From: Chiloscyllium plagiosum
Taxonomy: Eukaryota
Length of the DNA: 64,000 nucleotides
NCBI RefSeq assembly: GCF_004010195.1
Contig: NC_057731.1
Location: 1,080,292 to 1,144,291 of the forward strand
Direction: 5' to 3'
In this document: in pieces, positions 60,972 to 64,000 of the stretch
How the letters are laid out: the number at the start of each line of letters is the position of its first letter
Position numbering within the stretch: the stretch's first letter is position 1
Notes under the pieces: generated by a model
Database searches by the model: none
The model's input: only the letters and a program-made list of their open reading frames with translations
What the model was told of the DNA's origin: nothing
Position numbers and translations under genes: made by a program

Positions 60972-63343
60972 TGTTATACAGAGACAGACCTGTCCCCACC
61001 AGTAATGTACCCCAGTGTTCTATAGAGATAGACCTGTACGCACCAGTACTGTACCCCAGTGTAATACAGTGACAGACCATTCCCCACCAGTAATGTACTC
61101 CAGTGTAATACAGTGACAGACCTGTACCCACCAGTACTGTACCCCAGTGTAATACAGTGACAGACCAGTCCCCACCAGTAATGTACTCCAGTGTAATACA
61201 GTGACAGACCTGTACCCACCAGTACTGTACCCCAGTGTTATACAGTGACAGACATGTACCCACCAGTAATGTACCCCAGTGTTATACAGTGACAAACCTG
61301 TACCCACCAGTGATGAACCCCAGTGTTATACAGTGACAGACATGTACCCACCAGTACTGTACCCCAGTGTTATACAGTGACAGACCTGGTACCGCCACAG
61401 GACTGTACCCCAGTGTTATACAGTGACAGACCTGTTCCCACCAGTACTGTACTCGTGTTACACAATGACAGACCTATACCCACCAGTGATGCAACCCAGT
61501 GTTATACTGTGACAGACCTGTACCCATCAGTACTGTACCCCAGTGTTATAGAGACAGACCAGTACCCGCCAGTACTGTATTCCAGTGTTATACAGTGACA
61601 GACCAGTACCCGCCAGTACTGTATTCCAGTGTTATACAGTGACAGACCTTTACCCACCAGTACTGTACCCCAGTGGTATACAGTGACAGACCTGTACCCA
61701 CCAGTAATGTATTCCAGTGTAATACAGTGACAGATTTGTACCCACCCGTAATGTACCCCAGTATTATACACTGACAGACCTGTACCCACCAGTACTGTAC
61801 CCCAGTGTTATACAGTGACAGACCTGTACCGCCCCAGGACTGTACCCCAGTGTTATACAGTGACAGACCTGTACCCACCAGTAATGTACTCCATTGTTAA
61901 ACAGTGACAGACCTGTACCCACCAGTAATGTACCGCAGTGTTATACAGTGACAGACCTGTTCCCACCAGTACTGTTCTTGTGTTATACAATGACAGACCT
62001 ATACCCACCAGTGATGCAACCCAGTGTTATACAGTGACAGACATGTACCCACCAGTACTGTACCCCAGTGTTATACAGTGACAGACATGTACCCACCAGT
62101 AATGTACCCCAGTGTTATACAGTGACAAACCTGTACCCACCAGTAATGTACCCCAGTGTTATACTGTGACAGACCTGTACCCACCAGTACTGTACCCCAG
62201 TGTTATACAGTGACAGACCTGGTACCGCCACAGGACTGTACCCCAGTGTTATACAGTGACAGACCAGTACCCGCCAGTACTGTATTCCAGTGTAATACAC
62301 TGACAGACCTGTACCCACCAGTACTGTACCCCAGTGGTATACAGTGACAGACCTTTACCCACCAGTACTGTACCCCAGTGGTATACAGTGACAGACCTGT
62401 ACCCACCAGTACTGTACCCCAGTGGTATACACATACAGACTTGTACCCACCAGTAATGTATTCCAGGGTTATACAGTGACAGACCTGTACCCACCAGTAA
62501 TGTACCCCAGTGTTATACAGTGACAGACCTGTACCTCCCCAGGACTGTACCCCAGTGTAATACAGAGAATGACCTGTACCCACCAGTACTGTACCCCAGT
62601 GTTATACAGTGACAGACCTGTTCCCACCAGTACTGTAATCGTGTTGTACAATGACAGACCTATACCCACCAGTGATGCAACCCAGTGTTATACTGTGACA
62701 GACCTGTACCCACCAGTGATGAACCCCCAGTGTTATACAGTGACAGACCTGTACCCACCAGTACTGTACCCCAGTGTTATACAGTGACAGACCTGTACCC
62801 ACCAGTAATGTACTCCAGTGTAATACAGTGACAGACCTGTTCCCACCAGTAATGTACCCCAGTGTTATACAGTGACAGACCTGTACCGCCCCAGGACTGT
62901 ACCCCGGTGTTATACAGTGACAGACCTGTACCCACCAGTAATGTACTCCATTGTTACACAGTGACAGACCTGTACCCACCAGGACTGTACCCCAGTGTAA
63001 TACAGAGACTGACCTGTTCCCACCAGTACTGTACTCGTGTTATACAATGACAGACCTCTACCCACCAGTGATGAACCCCAGTGTTATACAGGGACAGACC
63101 TGTTCCCACCAGTACTGTACCCCAGTGTTATACAGTGACAGACCTGTACCCACCAGTAATGTACCCCAGTGTTATACAGTGACAGACCTGTACCCACCAG
63201 TAATGTACCCCAGTGTTATACAGGGACAGACCTGTTCCCACCAGTACTGTACCCCAGTGTTATACAGGGACAGACCTGTTCCCACCAGTAATGTACCCCA
63301 GTGTTATACAGTGACAGACCTGTACCCACCAGTAATGTACTCC
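60972..63343 (+). repeat. Minisatellite, 44-bp unit CAGTGTTATACAGTGACAGACCTGTACCCACCAGTACTGTACCC, ~54 copies
   Basis: Period 44 (e.g. unit starts at 61145 and 61189); variant units recur. Confidence 0.97.
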
Positions 63344-63344
63344 A

Positions 63345-64000
63345 ATCATCGAGTCCTACAGCATGGAGACAGGCCCTTTGGCCCAAACTGGTCCATGCTG
63401 ACAAAACTGTCCATCCACGCTAACTGCATTTCCCTGCACTTGGCCCCATATCCTTCTAATCTTTTTCTATCCAATGTTATTAATGTAACCGCCTCAAACA
63501 CTTTCGTTGTCAGCTCATTCCATATGCGTACCACCTTCTGTGTAAAAACACTGCCCCTCAGGTTCCCTTTTATTTCTCCTCTCGTCCTCGATTACCCAAC
63601 CCTGGGTAAATCATTGAATACATTCATCCTATCCATGCCTCTCATAACCTTATACACTTCTATAAGATTCCCCCTTTGTCTCCTACACTCGAAAGTAAAC
63701 AATCCTAGCTTGTCCAACCTCTCCTGAAAACTCAGACCATTGAATTCAGGCAACATCCTTGTAAATTTCTTCTGCACTCTTTCCAGTTTAATAACATCCT
63801 TCCTAAAGTAAGGTGACCAAATCTGAACACAATACCCCAAGTGCAGCCTCACCAATGTCCTGTATAACTAACATAACTTCCCAACTTCAATACTCAGTCC
63901 CCTGATGAGAGTCAGTGCGTCAAAAGCCTTCTTCACTGCTCAGTCTACCTGTGACTCCACTTTCAGAGAACTGTGAAACTGAACTCCAAGATCTTTCTTA
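63345..64000 (-). mobile_element. CR1 LINE 3' region (continues beyond the window)
   Basis: VRLHLGYCVQIWSPYFRKDVIKLERVQKKFTRMLP. Confidence 0.87.

Noticed and set aside
60972-63343. Array as a CRISPR locus, or its many ORFs (MGTGLSLY..., MLYSDRPV...) as proteins
   Set aside because: Units are contiguous with no unique spacers, the genome is eukaryotic and no cas genes are present; the ORFs are just the 44-bp repeat read in rotating frames.

Overview
Eukaryotic genomic DNA from a vertebrate, very probably a shark or other elasmobranch (inferred from HE1/V-SINE-like SINEs, CR1 LINEs and Penelope-like elements). It is a draft assembly with two N gaps. Three spliced protein-coding genes are readable, and the ORF track misses most of their exons. 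(1) The first coding exon of DNAJC12 lies on the minus strand (5756-5833). (2) SIRT1 exons 2-9 lie on the plus strand (19012-37703); exon 1 is not visible and probably sits in the 9801-10300 gap. (3) A complete 4-exon COX5B-family gene (51383-59747, 130 aa) lies where human has HERC4. The rest is dense with retroelements, plus a 44-bp minisatellite. The most interesting signals are: several Penelope-like families carrying minimal hammerhead-ribozyme cores, including ~220-bp fold-back elements with long TSDs; a degenerate ~50-bp CCAAT/GATA/CACCC tandem array in the COX5B promoter; ordered miRNA seed sites in the SIRT1 3'UTR; two local inverted duplications; and an unusual PETI>RGSS change in the SIRT1 activator-binding domain. 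All homology calls come from reading and translating the sequence and from recalled human sequences, not from database searches.
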